Source of the DNA: Candidatus Acidiferrales bacterium
Lineage (GTDB): Bacteria; Acidobacteriota; Terriglobia; Acidiferrales; UBA7541
NCBI GenBank assembly: GCA_049694295.1
Contig: JBAVQT010000513.1
Coordinates: 1-35,487 of the forward strand
Direction of reading: 5' to 3'
Length of the DNA: 35,487 nt
Positions 8,016 through 16,534 of this stretch are shown here, one piece after another. Within the stretch, counting starts at the first letter, position 1. Every line of letters starts with the position of its first letter. Below the pieces are notes generated by a model, which saw nothing but the letters and a program-made list of their open reading frames with translations, did no database searches and had not been told where the DNA came from. Both the position numbers and the translations under genes were made by a program.

Positions 8016-10198
8016 TGCGAAGCGCAATTCAAAAGAGGATTCCTTATTTCCTGCTGGTGGGCGTCGCGATCGCCGGATTGCTCACTCTTTCGGCTTGCGG
8101 CGGCAACGGCTCGCTGAGCGTTACGATCTCGCCCAGCACCGCCAGCGTGCCGATCAATGGCGTGCTCACCGGTTTCACGGCAACGGTCAATAACGCTACC
8201 AGCACGACCAACACCTCCGTCACTTGGGAAGTCAATGGAGTGTCGGGTGGCAACTCCGCCACCGGCACGATCACGGCCCTGGGGACCGACAATTTGCAGG
8301 CCACGTTTACCGGCCCGGGAGCGGTGCCCTCCACCGACAACGGCCAGGTGAGCATCACGGCCGTCTTGCAATCGAATACCAACGTGATTTCCAACACCGC
8401 AACCGTCACGATCACGGCCGGAACGGGCGTGCAGGTGACTCCATCAACCGCCCTGGTGAGCGCAGGGGGCAACCAACCATTTGCCGCGACCTACAATGGA
8501 GAGCCCGACACGAATGTGACCTGGACCATCACTCCCACTGGCGTTGGCTCGATTGACGAGGACGGGAATTACACCGCGCCGCTCTATCCGCCTCCGGGCG
8601 GCTCGGTCACGGTCACCGCGACGGACAACACCATCACCACCGACAACGTCGGCACGGCCACCGCGTCGATTCAGTATTCGGCGCTCTCATTTAACGGCCC
8701 ATTCGCCTTCTCCTATTCCGGCAATAATGCTGCGGGCTTCTTTTCAGTCGCCGGCAGCTTCCTTGCAAGCGGCAACGGAGCGATTCAGGATGGCGTGGCA
8801 GACATTGTGGATCTGAAGGGATCCACTACCGCAGCTCAAATCATGAACACCAGCACTTACACCGTGAGTTCGAGCGGTGCGCTGACCCTGCTGCTGAAGA
8901 CTTCCAACGGCGGCAGCTATACTTTGCAAGGCGTGATGACCACCAATCTGCACGGCACGCTCATCGCCTACGACAACAATACCGTCGGCAGCGGCACGAT
9001 CGACCAGCAAAGCGCGAATGACCTCAACATCCGCACGCCCGGAGTGATCGAGGGACCCTACGTTTTCAGTCTTTCGGGAGTTGACAGCGCGTTTAAACCG
9101 CTGGCGATAGCCGGGAGATTTACGGCCAATGGTTTGGGCGGCATCCCCAACGTGTTCGCCATCGTGGACACCAACGACGCGGGCGTGGTGAACGGCGATG
9201 TGGCGGACGACGACGGACCCACGTTCCCCGATACCACCTTGAGCGGAAACTACCAACTCGATTCCAATAATCTGGGAACGGGCCGCGGCACCATGACGCT
9301 GAGCAGCACCAACATCAACGCGATTATGGGAGGCCACGTGCCGACCTTCGATTTCTATTTCGTGGACAGCACTCACGTCCACTTGGTGGAAACCGATGGC
9401 TTCGCGTTTCTTTCCGGCGATCTCTATACCGGCCTGAACGCGCCTGGCGGCTTCACCCTGGCCAACCTTACGGCGGGGAAATATTCCTACAACTTCGGCG
9501 GCACTTCGCTGAGCGGCACCACCGCCAGCGCCGCGTTTGCCGCGGGCGGAGTGTTCGTCTCCAACGGTACCGGCGATCTCACCAGCGGCGGCGCGCTTGA
9601 TCTCAATGATGGCGGCAACAACAGTCAGGTGAATACTCCGCTCGTGCAGTGCGCTTACACGGTGGATTCGAACACGGGACGCCTGAATTTCTTTTTCGTC
9701 GTCGGCAACAACTCGTGCGTTGCGACCACCAATAGCAACACGATCTTCGAATTCTCCGGCTACCAGACGGCGCAAGGTTCGGCCGTCATGATGGAGCTCG
9801 ACAATAATCGCGTCACCACGGGTCTGGCCTATCTGCAAACCATTACCGCGGGCACGCTAGACGGCAACTACGCGCTGCAGTTGGGCGGCACCGGAGCTTT
9901 CCACAATACTCCCGGCCAGAACCAGCCGGACGCCATCGGTTCGGTGGAGTTCACGGGAGGCGTGCTCTCGGGTACGCTCGCGATCAACAATTACGGCAAC
10001 ATTCTGCAACCGAGTACGCTGAACACCACCAGCGTATTGTCGGCGCCCGATGCCAACGGGCGCGGCACGATGACGATTTACCTGGCGAATGGCGCGACCT
10101 TTAAGGTGGTGTACTACCAGATAGACCTCAACGACGATTTGTTGCTCGATGTCGATCAGAGCCGCGTCGCCACCGGCCAGGCCAACCTGCAGTTCTGA
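8015..10198 (+). CDS. Large lipoprotein: two Ig-like (Big_2-like) modules followed by four copies of an uncharacterised ~110-125-aa module
   Basis: Lipobox LLTLSACGG. Ig-like segments read VTISPSTASV...VTITAG and VQVTPSTALV...VTVTAT. Thr/Ser/Asn/Gly-rich beta-type composition. Followed by a strong terminator. Confidence 0.8.
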   Translation: MRSAIQKRIPYFLLVGVAIAGLLTLSACGGNGSLSVTISPSTASVPINGVLTGFTATVNNATSTTNTSVTWEVNGVSGGNSATGTITALGTDNLQATFTGPGAVPSTDNGQVSITAVLQSNTNVISNTATVTITAGTGVQVTPSTALVSAGGNQPFAATYNGEPDTNVTWTITPTGVGSIDEDGNYTAPLYPPPGGSVTVTATDNTITTDNVGTATASIQYSALSFNGPFAFSYSGNNAAGFFSVAGSFLASGNGAIQDGVADIVDLKGSTTAAQIMNTSTYTVSSSGALTLLLKTSNGGSYTLQGVMTTNLHGTLIAYDNNTVGSGTIDQQSANDLNIRTPGVIEGPYVFSLSGVDSAFKPLAIAGRFTANGLGGIPNVFAIVDTNDAGVVNGDVADDDGPTFPDTTLSGNYQLDSNNLGTGRGTMTLSSTNINAIMGGHVPTFDFYFVDSTHVHLVETDGFAFLSGDLYTGLNAPGGFTLANLTAGKYSYNFGGTSLSGTTASAAFAAGGVFVSNGTGDLTSGGALDLNDGGNNSQVNTPLVQCAYTVDSNTGRLNFFFVVGNNSCVATTNSNTIFEFSGYQTAQGSAVMMELDNNRVTTGLAYLQTITAGTLDGNYALQLGGTGAFHNTPGQNQPDAIGSVEFTGGVLSGTLAINNYGNILQPSTLNTTSVLSAPDANGRGTMTIYLANGATFKVVYYQIDLNDDLLLDVDQSRVATGQANLQF

Positions 10199-10239
10199 TG
10201 TTGCGGCAGGCTTACTCGGTTTTTCGTAAATGCAAGTCC

Positions 10240-10269
10240 GGGGACGCTTTATGGCGTCCCCATTTTTTT
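10240..10269 (+). terminator. Rho-independent terminator
   Basis: ggggacgc (10240-10247) pairs with gcgtcccc (10254-10261) around a 6-nt loop, followed by a T7 run (10263-10269). It lies 42 nt after the stop of the lipoprotein gene. Confidence 0.75.
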
Positions 10270-10476
10270 GCGCCGATTGTGGTGGCTCCGCGCGCAGATA
10301 TCGGGCTTCGCTGGGCCGTCGCGCGGTAAATTTTCTTCGCAGGGTCTTGCGGTATACTTTTTTTGCGATCTCTCCCGCTGCCGGCATTTCCCGATGAATT
10401 GTTCCCGACAGAGGAGCATTTGAGAAGCGATTTGGACACCCGGCGTAATCGGTTCACCCTAGGGAGCTCTTACAAA

Positions 10477-11406
10477 ATGACACCAAGCAGACGCTCCGGC
10501 GCAATTTTCGTTCTGGTCTTGCTGTCCCTCGCCTTCGTTCTCACGGCTTGCGGCCGTCGCACGGGCCGGCAGGAACAGGCCGGCAATCTGAGCGCGCGGC
10601 CCATGATCGTGTTTATGACCGACTTTGGCACCGCCAACGACGCGGTGGCGATATGCAAGGCGGTGATCGTTGGCATCGTTCCGAATGTCCGCATCATGGA
10701 CATCACGCACCAGGTGACGCCCTACTCGATCGAAGAAGGCGCGCGATTCCTGAGCGGTGTCACGCCCTACTATCCGCCCGGCACAGTCTTTTTGGTGGTC
10801 GTAGACCCGGGCGTGGGGACTTCTCGCAAAGCCATCATCGCGAAAACCAAGAAAGGCCAGTATTTCGTGCTGCCTGACAATGGCTTGATCACTCCCGTGG
10901 TGGATCGCGATGGGCTGGAAGGCGTGCGCGAGATCACCAACACCGCCTGGATGATTGGCGACAAAGTTTCCTCCACATTCCACGGCCGCGATATCTTTTC
11001 GCCGGCTGCCGCGCATCTGGCCGCAGGAGAAGATTGGACGCTGGCTGGCCCCGAAGTGAAAGAACTCGTTCGCCTGTCTGTCAAGACATCCACGGTAGAT
11101 ACGAAGGGCATCACTGGCGAGGTGATTGCGCTCGACGATCCCTACGGCAGCCTGATCACGGACATTCCGGGAGAAGACTTCAAGACCCTGGGCTATTCGC
11201 TCGGCGAAAAAATCTCCGTCAAGCTCGACGGCAAGCCGGTCGTCATCCCGTATCAGAAAACATTCATGGAAGTGCCCGTGGGCCAGTCGTTGCTTTACAT
11301 TGACTCGCGCGGCCGTGTTGGGCTGGCCGTAAATCAGGGCGATTATTCGCGCGTTTACAAAATCACGCCGCCTGTTTCGATTTTCATTCCCCGCAAGGGA
11401 GAGTAA
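10477..11406 (+). CDS. SAM hydroxide adenosyltransferase / SAM hydrolase family (DUF62, fluorinase/chlorinase superfamily) with predicted lipoprotein signal peptide
   Basis: MTDFGTANDAVAICKAVI..., DITHQV and VVVDPGVGTSRKAII are classic DUF62 motifs. AGGGAG (10461-10466) lies 10 nt before the ATG at 10477. The N-terminus MTPSRRSGAIFVLVLLSLAFVLTAC carries a lipobox. An alternative cytoplasmic start is the ATG at 10603 (MIVFMTDFG), which has no SD. Confidence 0.85.
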   Translation: MTPSRRSGAIFVLVLLSLAFVLTACGRRTGRQEQAGNLSARPMIVFMTDFGTANDAVAICKAVIVGIVPNVRIMDITHQVTPYSIEEGARFLSGVTPYYPPGTVFLVVVDPGVGTSRKAIIAKTKKGQYFVLPDNGLITPVVDRDGLEGVREITNTAWMIGDKVSSTFHGRDIFSPAAAHLAAGEDWTLAGPEVKELVRLSVKTSTVDTKGITGEVIALDDPYGSLITDIPGEDFKTLGYSLGEKISVKLDGKPVVIPYQKTFMEVPVGQSLLYIDSRGRVGLAVNQGDYSRVYKITPPVSIFIPRKGE

Positions 11407-11720
11407 TTGTGGGAAGCACGGCGGCGGGAGCGAAGCGCAAGGGACGCCGCAGTTTCCGATTTTAGTCCTGGCACTTTCGTCCTGCTCCAATCTGAAACAA
11501 AGTACCGAACGCGAAACTAAAGCGAAACGCCGCGATTCTCTTTTCCGTTCGGCTGCGGTGCGTTCCGTCACTACTGTTGACCTTCCCGCCGCTCGGTTCT
11601 CTTGCGGTACTTCCGTACTATTGCCGCCTCTTCTCCACCCCCCGAAAATTGAAGCAACATCTCCCAGGATCTCTGGGGATGCTCGTAATTCAGGGGGACG
11701 GGCTACCGCCGGGTCATCAT

Positions 11721-13784
11721 ATGGCGCCACAAGTGAAAGACACGCTGCACGAAACACTGGAACCTCTCTCACCGATTGCCGAGTCACACGTCGTACCCAG
11801 CGCCGCGCCACCCGCGCCCGCCAGGCCCGCGAGCGGTGGAATGCGCCAGGATGCGCTCTCGCTCGAAGTTCCCGTCCGCGTGCATGGCTCTCGCGTCACG
11901 GAAGTAGTGCGCGGGATCACGCCGCATACGGAACCTTTCGAAGAGCAGACGACCACCATGATCGTCTTTCCGCAGGGCGCCGTGATTCGCATGGTCACGC
12001 CCGCCAGCGCCGGGCAGATGCTGGTGATCACCAATATTCGCAGCAAACAGGACGCGATCTGTCGCGTGGTCAAGGTTCGCGCCAATGCCAATCAACAGGC
12101 GTACATCGAAGTCGAATTCACATCGCGTCAGGTGGGATACTGGGGCGTAAATTTTCCTTCGGATCCCGCCGCGCCGCGCAATCGCGCGACGCCGGTGGGC
12201 TCTTCGCCTGCGGTAGCGCCACCGGCGCCATCCGCGCCGCGCGCCACGCCGGACATTTCCTGGGCTCCGGCTCAGTCGATATCCTCGGCAGCTCCGTCAG
12301 CGTCCAGCGCGGCTCCGCCGGTTGCAGCCGCGCCCGTACCACGACCTGCTGCAGTTCCCGCCGCATCGCCATCCGTCGCGCACGATGCGTCCTCATCGTC
12401 GTCGAAAGATATTGAGGCTTTCATCGTTCCCGCGGCGGCGCAGAGACCGGTCCCGCGACCCGAGTCCGCATTTATCTCCATCGGCGCCCAAGAGAAAGTG
12501 CAGCCTGCGGCGTCAGCCACCACTGGCGCCAAGTCCGGGCGTCCGGCGGAAAATTCCAACGCGACCGTCGCGAGCCATACTGTTTCAAGCAGCACTGCGA
12601 GTCACGTCGTTCCGCGGGAAGCGCCGGAAGTTTCCAGGCCAGTAGCGCCTGCGCCCGATCTTTCCGCGATACCTTTGCCAGAGCTGCCGAATGCGTCCGC
12701 AGCCGTCTCGCTCTCCGAAGTACGCGGAGATTCCGAAGCCGCCGAGCACTCCGCGTCCGCCGTGATTCCTGCGATGCCATCGCAGGCCTCGGTCGAGGCG
12801 CAAAAGTCTGCGCTCGAATCCGTCGAAAAATCGGCCGCCGCAGATGTCACGCGCCGCACATTCGGCTCCTTCACAGGTGGCGCCGCTTTCGGATCGAGCC
12901 GCGCTGCCTCTGTCGAGACTCACGCCGCGCGTCCGGCAACAAGCCTTGGCGCAGCGCTCGAGACTGAGCCGTTTGGATCCGAGGCCGTGCCCGGTGCCGC
13001 ACCTCGCAAGAATTGGCTTTTGATCGCCGCCGCGATTGGTGGCATCGTGGTTGTCGCTGCGGCCGGCGCACTATATCTTCGCCCGCACGCCGCGAGTTCC
13101 GCCCCCGCAGCCTCCACGCCCGCGATTTCGGCGGCGGCTTCTCCATCGGCAAGTTCGAGCTCCGCCGCATCCGGCGCGGCTAACCCGGCGCCGGTTCGCC
13201 AGCCGCAGAGCGATGCCTCCAACTTCAAGCCTTCCGCGGCCGTTTCGGCCGGCGCCCCGGCCGCTGGCTCCGTTTCTGCGACGCGCACCGCCAACGCCAA
13301 GCCCGCGGCTCCAGCGGTGACCAACGACCAATTGAACGCCACGCTCAACGCTCATCCCGTGGCCGCGCAATCCGCCAATGCTGACGGCGCCGTCGCGCCG
13401 GCGTATGACGCTTCGGCCGGGCCTGCAAACGGTGCGCTGCCCGGCGCCATCGCCACATCCGACAATCTCAACGTGGCGGCGCCTTCTATTGTTCCCGATG
13501 GTCCCGTAAAAATTGGCGGCAGCGTGAAAGAGCCGAAATTGATGTTTTACGCCGCGCCGGTCTATCCGACGATCGCGAAACAATCCGACATCTCCGGCGA
13601 CGTCGTCATTGAGGCGGTGATTGACAAGAGCGGCCACGTTTCGCAGATGAAGGTTGTCTCGGGCCCCGCCATGTTGCGCCAGGCAGCTCTCAACGCTGTG
13701 CGTCAATGGCGCTACCAGCCGCCCGCTCTCGACGGTGAGCCGGTTTCCGTGCAGATGTCGGTCACTGTTCAATTCCGCAAATAG
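11721..13784 (+). CDS. TonB C-terminal-domain protein with cytoplasmic N-terminal beta-rich (PilZ-like) domain, one TM helix and long Ala/Pro/Ser linkers
   Basis: The C-terminus PVYPTIAKQSDISGDVVIEAVIDKSGHVSQMKVVSGPAMLRQAALNAVRQWRYQP is a TonB_C signature. TM segment NWLLIAAAIGGIVVVAAAGALYL. The start is ambiguous: 11577, 11679 or 11721 are all in frame. Confidence 0.8.
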   Translation: MAPQVKDTLHETLEPLSPIAESHVVPSAAPPAPARPASGGMRQDALSLEVPVRVHGSRVTEVVRGITPHTEPFEEQTTTMIVFPQGAVIRMVTPASAGQMLVITNIRSKQDAICRVVKVRANANQQAYIEVEFTSRQVGYWGVNFPSDPAAPRNRATPVGSSPAVAPPAPSAPRATPDISWAPAQSISSAAPSASSAAPPVAAAPVPRPAAVPAASPSVAHDASSSSSKDIEAFIVPAAAQRPVPRPESAFISIGAQEKVQPAASATTGAKSGRPAENSNATVASHTVSSSTASHVVPREAPEVSRPVAPAPDLSAIPLPELPNASAAVSLSEVRGDSEAAEHSASAVIPAMPSQASVEAQKSALESVEKSAAADVTRRTFGSFTGGAAFGSSRAASVETHAARPATSLGAALETEPFGSEAVPGAAPRKNWLLIAAAIGGIVVVAAAGALYLRPHAASSAPAASTPAISAAASPSASSSSAASGAANPAPVRQPQSDASNFKPSAAVSAGAPAAGSVSATRTANAKPAAPAVTNDQLNATLNAHPVAAQSANADGAVAPAYDASAGPANGALPGAIATSDNLNVAAPSIVPDGPVKIGGSVKEPKLMFYAAPVYPTIAKQSDISGDVVIEAVIDKSGHVSQMKVVSGPAMLRQAALNAVRQWRYQPPALDGEPVSVQMSVTVQFRK

Positions 13785-13936
13785 CGCGGCACCGCGCGAT
13801 TTTCACCGCCCCTCGCCTCCTCACGCTCGCTTTGCGCTAAGCGCGCTCCGCGCCTTTTCACGCGCCGGAGCATCACATGTAAAATGGACGCTTGCGGCGA
13901 CTCGCCGCGCAGCGTAATGAAAGCGGAAGGTGAGCC

Positions 13937-15160
13937 ATGCGCGAAGCCGTGATTGTCAGCGCCGTCAGGACGGCCGTCGGAAAAGCATCGAAGGGAACGC
14001 TTCGCTCCACGCGTCCAGATGATCTCGCCGCTCTCGCAATTCGAGAAGCTCTGGATCGAGCCAAAGGTCTTGATCCCCGGGAAGTGGAAGACGTTATCTT
14101 CGGCTGCGCCATGCCGGAAGCCGAGCAGGGCATGAATCTCGCGCGCATTGCTTCGCTTCGCGCCGGCTTGCCCGTGGAAGCATCGGCGATGACCATCAAT
14201 CGCTTCTGCTCCTCCGGACTGCAAGCCATCGCCATCGCCGCGGAACGCATCATGGCGGGGCAAGGCGACGTTGCCGTGGCTGGCGGCGCCGAATCCATGA
14301 GCATGATTCCGATGGGCGGCAACAAAGTCTCTCCGAATCCCTGGCTGATGGACAATTATCCGGACGCCTATCTCGGAATGGGATTGACCGCCGAAAATCT
14401 CGCGAAGAAATACGGCATTACGCGCCAGCAGGCCGACGAATTTTCGCTCGCCAGCCACCGGAAGGCGGTTGCCGCCATTGCCGGCGGAAAATTCAAGGAC
14501 GAAATCGTTCCGGTGGAAGTCTCCTACACCGCGCTCGAGGCTGCTGCGGCCAGCGGGTTCGGCTCTAGTTCCGCTATTGCCTCTGCCGCAAAACCCAAGA
14601 CGGTGAAACTTACATTCGATACGGATGAAGGCCCGCGCTCCGACACTTCTCTCGAGGCTCTCGCGAAGCTCAAACCTGCGTTTCATGCACGCGGCGTGGT
14701 GACGGCGGGAAACAGTTCGCAAATGAGCGACGGCGCCGCCGCGGCCGTGGTGATGAGCGCCGAGCGCGCGCGTTCGCTAGGGCTGAAACCACTCGCGCGC
14801 TTCTTGGCTTTCGCGACGGCCGGATGCCTGCCGGAAGAAATGGGCATCGGTCCCGTGTACGCGATCCCCAAGGCGCTGAAGATTGCCGGGCTCACGCTCG
14901 ATCAGATTGACGTGATCGAGCTGAATGAGGCGTTTGCGGCGCAGGCGCTCAGCGTTATGAAGCTGCTGAATCTCGATCCTGCGCGCGTCAATGTTAATGG
15001 CGGCGCCATCGCGCTGGGCCACCCGCTCGGTTGCACTGGCGCGAAGCTTACAGCCACGATTCTGCGCGAGCTCGATCGACGCAATGCCCGCTATGGATTG
15101 GTGACCATGTGCGTCGGCGGCGGGATGGGCGCCGCGGGAATTTTTGAGCGCGCCGCATAG
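13937..15160 (+). CDS. fadA: Acetyl-CoA C-acyltransferase (3-ketoacyl-CoA thiolase)
   Basis: [12 protein letters not shown] (nucleophilic Cys), [22 protein letters not shown] and CVGGGMG. GGAAGGTGAG lies upstream of the ATG. Confidence 0.93.
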   Translation: MREAVIVSAVRTAVGKASKGTLRSTRPDDLAALAIREALDRAKGLDPREVEDVIFGCAMPEAEQGMNLARIASLRAGLPVEASAMTINRFCSSGLQAIAIAAERIMAGQGDVAVAGGAESMSMIPMGGNKVSPNPWLMDNYPDAYLGMGLTAENLAKKYGITRQQADEFSLASHRKAVAAIAGGKFKDEIVPVEVSYTALEAAAASGFGSSSAIASAAKPKTVKLTFDTDEGPRSDTSLEALAKLKPAFHARGVVTAGNSSQMSDGAAAAVVMSAERARSLGLKPLARFLAFATAGCLPEEMGIGPVYAIPKALKIAGLTLDQIDVIELNEAFAAQALSVMKLLNLDPARVNVNGGAIALGHPLGCTGAKLTATILRELDRRNARYGLVTMCVGGGMGAAGIFERAA

Positions 15161-15226
15161 ACTGCGAATTCGTATCTGCCAGGCTCACGCATTGCGGGGA
15201 GTCCGATGCCAGGCGTTTATCGCACT

Positions 15227-15733
15227 TTACTCGCGCGTTTCGACGCGCGCCAGCAGGAGCTGTTGTAGGGCGTCCGTGATGAATTCCTTCTGCTCGCGGA
15301 TCATCGCGACGCCAAAGGCGATCGCCGCAGCGGCGATCGCAAACACCAGCACGGGAATCAGAAGAAACATCTTATTGGGACGCGACGCACCCGGGCCGAT
15401 GGTTATCTCGTAGAGCGCCCCGGCGGCGCCGCAGCCGAAGGCCGCGAGAATCACCGCCGGCAGCACTTTGGTGAGCGCCGGCAGATCATACGAACCCTCC
15501 AGGCGCGTCCCCCGGCCGTCCGCTGTTACTCTTCCGCGAAAAAAGGGACGCACGTCGTTGCGATACTCGATGCGCTTCCAAATTTGCACTTCCGAGCCGT
15601 CCCACCTTGCCAGCAAAGGCTTTGATCCCGGCGACCCCAGTCCCGGCGCGCCTGGATCGGCTCCTTCGCGGAGCCGCCGCAAACATTCAGTCAAATCGAA
15701 GTCGGTGTGAAATGAAATTATTTGCCGGGGCAT
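15227..15733 (-). CDS. Hypothetical membrane protein (168 aa, two C-terminal TM helices)
   Basis: Soluble N-terminal half, then VLPAVILAAFGCGAAGALY and MFLLIPVLVFAIAAAAIAFGVAMI. It lies 10 nt downstream of the preceding minus-strand gene. No family recognised. Confidence 0.55.
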   Translation of the reverse strand: MPRQIISFHTDFDLTECLRRLREGADPGAPGLGSPGSKPLLARWDGSEVQIWKRIEYRNDVRPFFRGRVTADGRGTRLEGSYDLPALTKVLPAVILAAFGCGAAGALYEITIGPGASRPNKMFLLIPVLVFAIAAAAIAFGVAMIREQKEFITDALQQLLLARVETRE

Positions 15734-15743
15734 TCAGACTCGC

Positions 15744-16343
15744 TCAGCTTCCGGCGATCGTCGCACTGGGTCGCTTCACGATCGCCGCCATCGCCAGGCC
15801 GGCTGCGGTCCAGCTTACGATCCACGACGCGGCGTCAGACAGAATGTACTCCAGCGGAAAGCGGTACCAATTCCAGTAGGGCAGCGTGTACACCAAGCCG
15901 CCAAAGATCACGAAAGCGACCGCCAGCAACACGCGCCTTCGGTAGCTCAATGCCGCCGCCACGGTCGCCATGGACCACGCCAACAGCAGCCCCGCGGCGA
16001 GGTTAAATAGGAATTGATTGAGCAGCAGCTTGCCGATCTCGAAGTCTCCCCCCGGAGGCGTGTAAATCAGGATTCCGACCGGTTGAGTTTTGTATTTTTC
16101 CATCATCGCCCGCTGCTCGGCGCGCTTCTGCTCCGACGTTTGTCCCGGAGCCGTGTTCATGCCCGGGAAAATATAAAAGCCGGCATCGGGAATGGAAGAC
16201 CGCATTGCCGCGGACAGCACAGCTTCATTCGGCAGGCTGTGAACGCCCATTTCGCCCAGTTGCGTGGCCATGTGAAAAAAAGAGCTGACGAAAAACACTA
16301 CGATGGCGCCCACCAAACCGCCGAGCAGAACTCTTTTTGTCAT
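15744..16343 (-). CDS. Hypothetical integral membrane protein (199 aa, about 4 TM)
   Basis: TM segments include VLLGGLVGAIVVFFVSSFF, LLLNQFLFNLAAGLLLAWSMATVAAAL, VLLAVAFVIFGGLVYTL and ASWIVSWTAAGLAMAAIV. No family recognised. Confidence 0.6.
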   Translation of the reverse strand: MTKRVLLGGLVGAIVVFFVSSFFHMATQLGEMGVHSLPNEAVLSAAMRSSIPDAGFYIFPGMNTAPGQTSEQKRAEQRAMMEKYKTQPVGILIYTPPGGDFEIGKLLLNQFLFNLAAGLLLAWSMATVAAALSYRRRVLLAVAFVIFGGLVYTLPYWNWYRFPLEYILSDAASWIVSWTAAGLAMAAIVKRPSATIAGS

Positions 16344-16400
16344 GCCGCGTCTCCTTCGGAGAAACGCCCCGAAACGTTCCCCGCGTTGTACTCGCTAATG

Positions 16401-16427
16401 GTCCGCGTTGTCAACGCTGACGCGGAC
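16401..16427. promoter_or_regulatory. Perfect 8-bp inverted repeat (GTCCGCGT-N11-ACGCGGAC) in a divergent intergenic region
   Basis: Read directly. A nested palindrome CGTTG-T-CAACG sits inside the spacer. It lies between the divergent membrane-protein gene (start 16343) and the acyl-CoA dehydrogenase gene (start 16535). Its function as an operator or RNA hairpin is not established. Confidence 0.35.
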
Positions 16428-16497
16428 GCGCGACGCGCAGGCCCGCTCTCTGTACCTGTACTCCCCGCCCATTGTGCTTTTCCGGCGCACGCGCGAG

Positions 16498-16523
16498 AAT
16501 TGCTTCGCACTCAATTGCTTCGC
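16498..16523 (+). repeat. 11-bp direct repeat aattgcttcgc x2 (starts 15 bp apart) just upstream of the acyl-CoA dehydrogenase start
   Basis: Read directly: 16498-16508 and 16513-16523 are identical. The second copy ends 12 nt before the ATG at 16535. Confidence 0.9.
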
Positions 16524-16534
16524 CCGAGGTCGCC

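Noticed and set aside
8744-9838. 364-aa minus-strand ORF, plus 8044-8472 and 9857-10387
   Set aside because: They are antisense to the lipoprotein gene, lack SD or motifs, and their composition mirrors the sense-strand codon bias.
10459-11811. 450-aa minus-strand ORF
   Set aside because: It is antisense to the clear DUF62 CDS and crosses an intergenic region. No recognisable domain.
13784-13804. Possible terminator gcgcg-gcac-cgcgc followed by gatttt after the TonB-C gene
   Set aside because: The stem is 5 bp and the T-tract is short and interrupted, below what I would annotate as a terminator. The thiolase gene may have its own promoter or be read through.
13769-14722. 317-aa minus-strand ORF, plus the 13071-13772 233-aa ORF
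   Set aside because: They are antisense to the thiolase and TonB-C genes respectively, and both are Arg/Gly-rich shadow frames.
16410-16415. TTGACA hexamer on the minus strand upstream of the 15744-16343 membrane-protein gene
   Set aside because: No acceptable -10 hexamer lies at a 16-18-nt spacing (AGTACA at best), so I did not call it a promoter.
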